The position numbers and the translations under genes are program-made. The notes under the pieces were generated by a model, which was not told the origin of the DNA, ran no database searches, and saw only the letters and a program-made list of their open reading frames with translations. This document shows positions 63,582-64,000 of a stretch of 64,000 nt of DNA, piece after piece (positions within the stretch are counted from its first letter, which is position 1; the number at the start of each line of letters is the position of its first letter). The stretch is from a virus, in IMG/VR virus record IMGVR_UViG_3300049582_000032, positions 37,661 to 101,660 of that record; one strand, written 5' to 3'.

Positions 63582-64000
63582 CTATTCAGTATAGTACATC
63601 TGGCCAGAGTAATATCGCATAAAATTGCCATTGTAGAGCATCCTGTTGTCGAGCCCCGTAAAAGTGGGCGTATATTCCCCAAGAAGGATCGTGGCGTGGT
63701 CTATCGGGCCTGAGTAATCGTCATCAGGTGCCGTGTACGAGCACCCAAATCCGATGCCGCGCCGAATGTTTGTTGCTTCATCGCCAAAAGTTGCAGTCCC
63801 GGTGACAGCAGCGGTTTCAAGCTTCAGAACTCCATCGATGTAGAGACGCGCTATTCTGTCCCCAGCAGGGTTGAACGCCACAACGAAGTGATGAAAGTTG
63901 CCGTCCAGGATCTCAAGCTCTGTCAGAGCAATATCGTCGTTCTGCGTGGTGCCAGTCCCGAGAGTTACACTGAGCCTCAACGTGTCGGCATCAAGAAAGT
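63582..64000 (-). CDS. LamG-like domain protein (start beyond the right edge)
   Basis: DGNFHHFVVAF...ARLYIDG...IG......Y.G.ID. Confidence 0.7.
   Translation of the reverse strand, partial: FLDADTLRLSVTLGTGTTQNDDIALTELEILDGNFHHFVVAFNPAGDRIARLYIDGVLKLETAAVTGTATFGDEATNIRRGIGFGCSYTAPDDDYSGPIDHATILLGEYTPTFTGLDNRMLYNGNFMRYYSGQMYYTE

Noticed and set aside
54195-64000. Diversity-generating retroelement or invertible tail-fibre cassette
   Set aside because: No reverse transcriptase, invertase or template/variable repeat pair seen in the window.

Overview
This 64-kb window looks like one segment of a single mobile element, probably from an alphaproteobacterial host (inferred from gene families and promoter style). 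It joins three modules that are normally found apart. (1) A podovirus-like virion module lies on the minus strand at 42135-64000, with LamG/beta-helix spikes, a head-fibre-like protein, head-tail adaptor and nozzle, tail fibre plus chaperone, ejection proteins, a GNAT protein and a 2523-aa polyvalent internal protein. A holin-GH108 endolysin fusion, missing from the ORF track, runs off the left edge (<1-822). (2) A compact P-type (Tn4371/Trb-order) conjugation operon lies at 30336-41274: minimal HUH relaxase, VirD4, RHH protein, VirB11, B2, B3, B4, B5, B6, B8, B9 and B10. A VirB1-like transglycosylase, a TraC-like Toprim primase and a secreted thermonuclease sit elsewhere in the window. (3) A plasmid-type RepL replicon with a candidate origin lies at 7308-8780. 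Between these is a long, mostly plus-strand early or leading-like region with ERF, YqaJ, SSB, VRR-NUC, a methyltransferase, dUTPase, an Rmf-like protein and many small ORFs, driven by about a dozen near-consensus sigma70 promoters. An IS200/IS605 (tnpA-tnpB) sits between two paralogous alpha/beta hydrolases. The main hypothesis is a conjugative phage-plasmid. Other notable signals are an over-represented GTCTTGAAG motif placed 58-81 bp upstream of several promoters, three Dx[DN]xDG/YD-repeat paralogs, a candidate sRNA and putative C-terminal T4SS signals. No capsid, portal, terminase, integrase or ParA is visible in the window. All calls come from reading motifs by eye; no searches were run.
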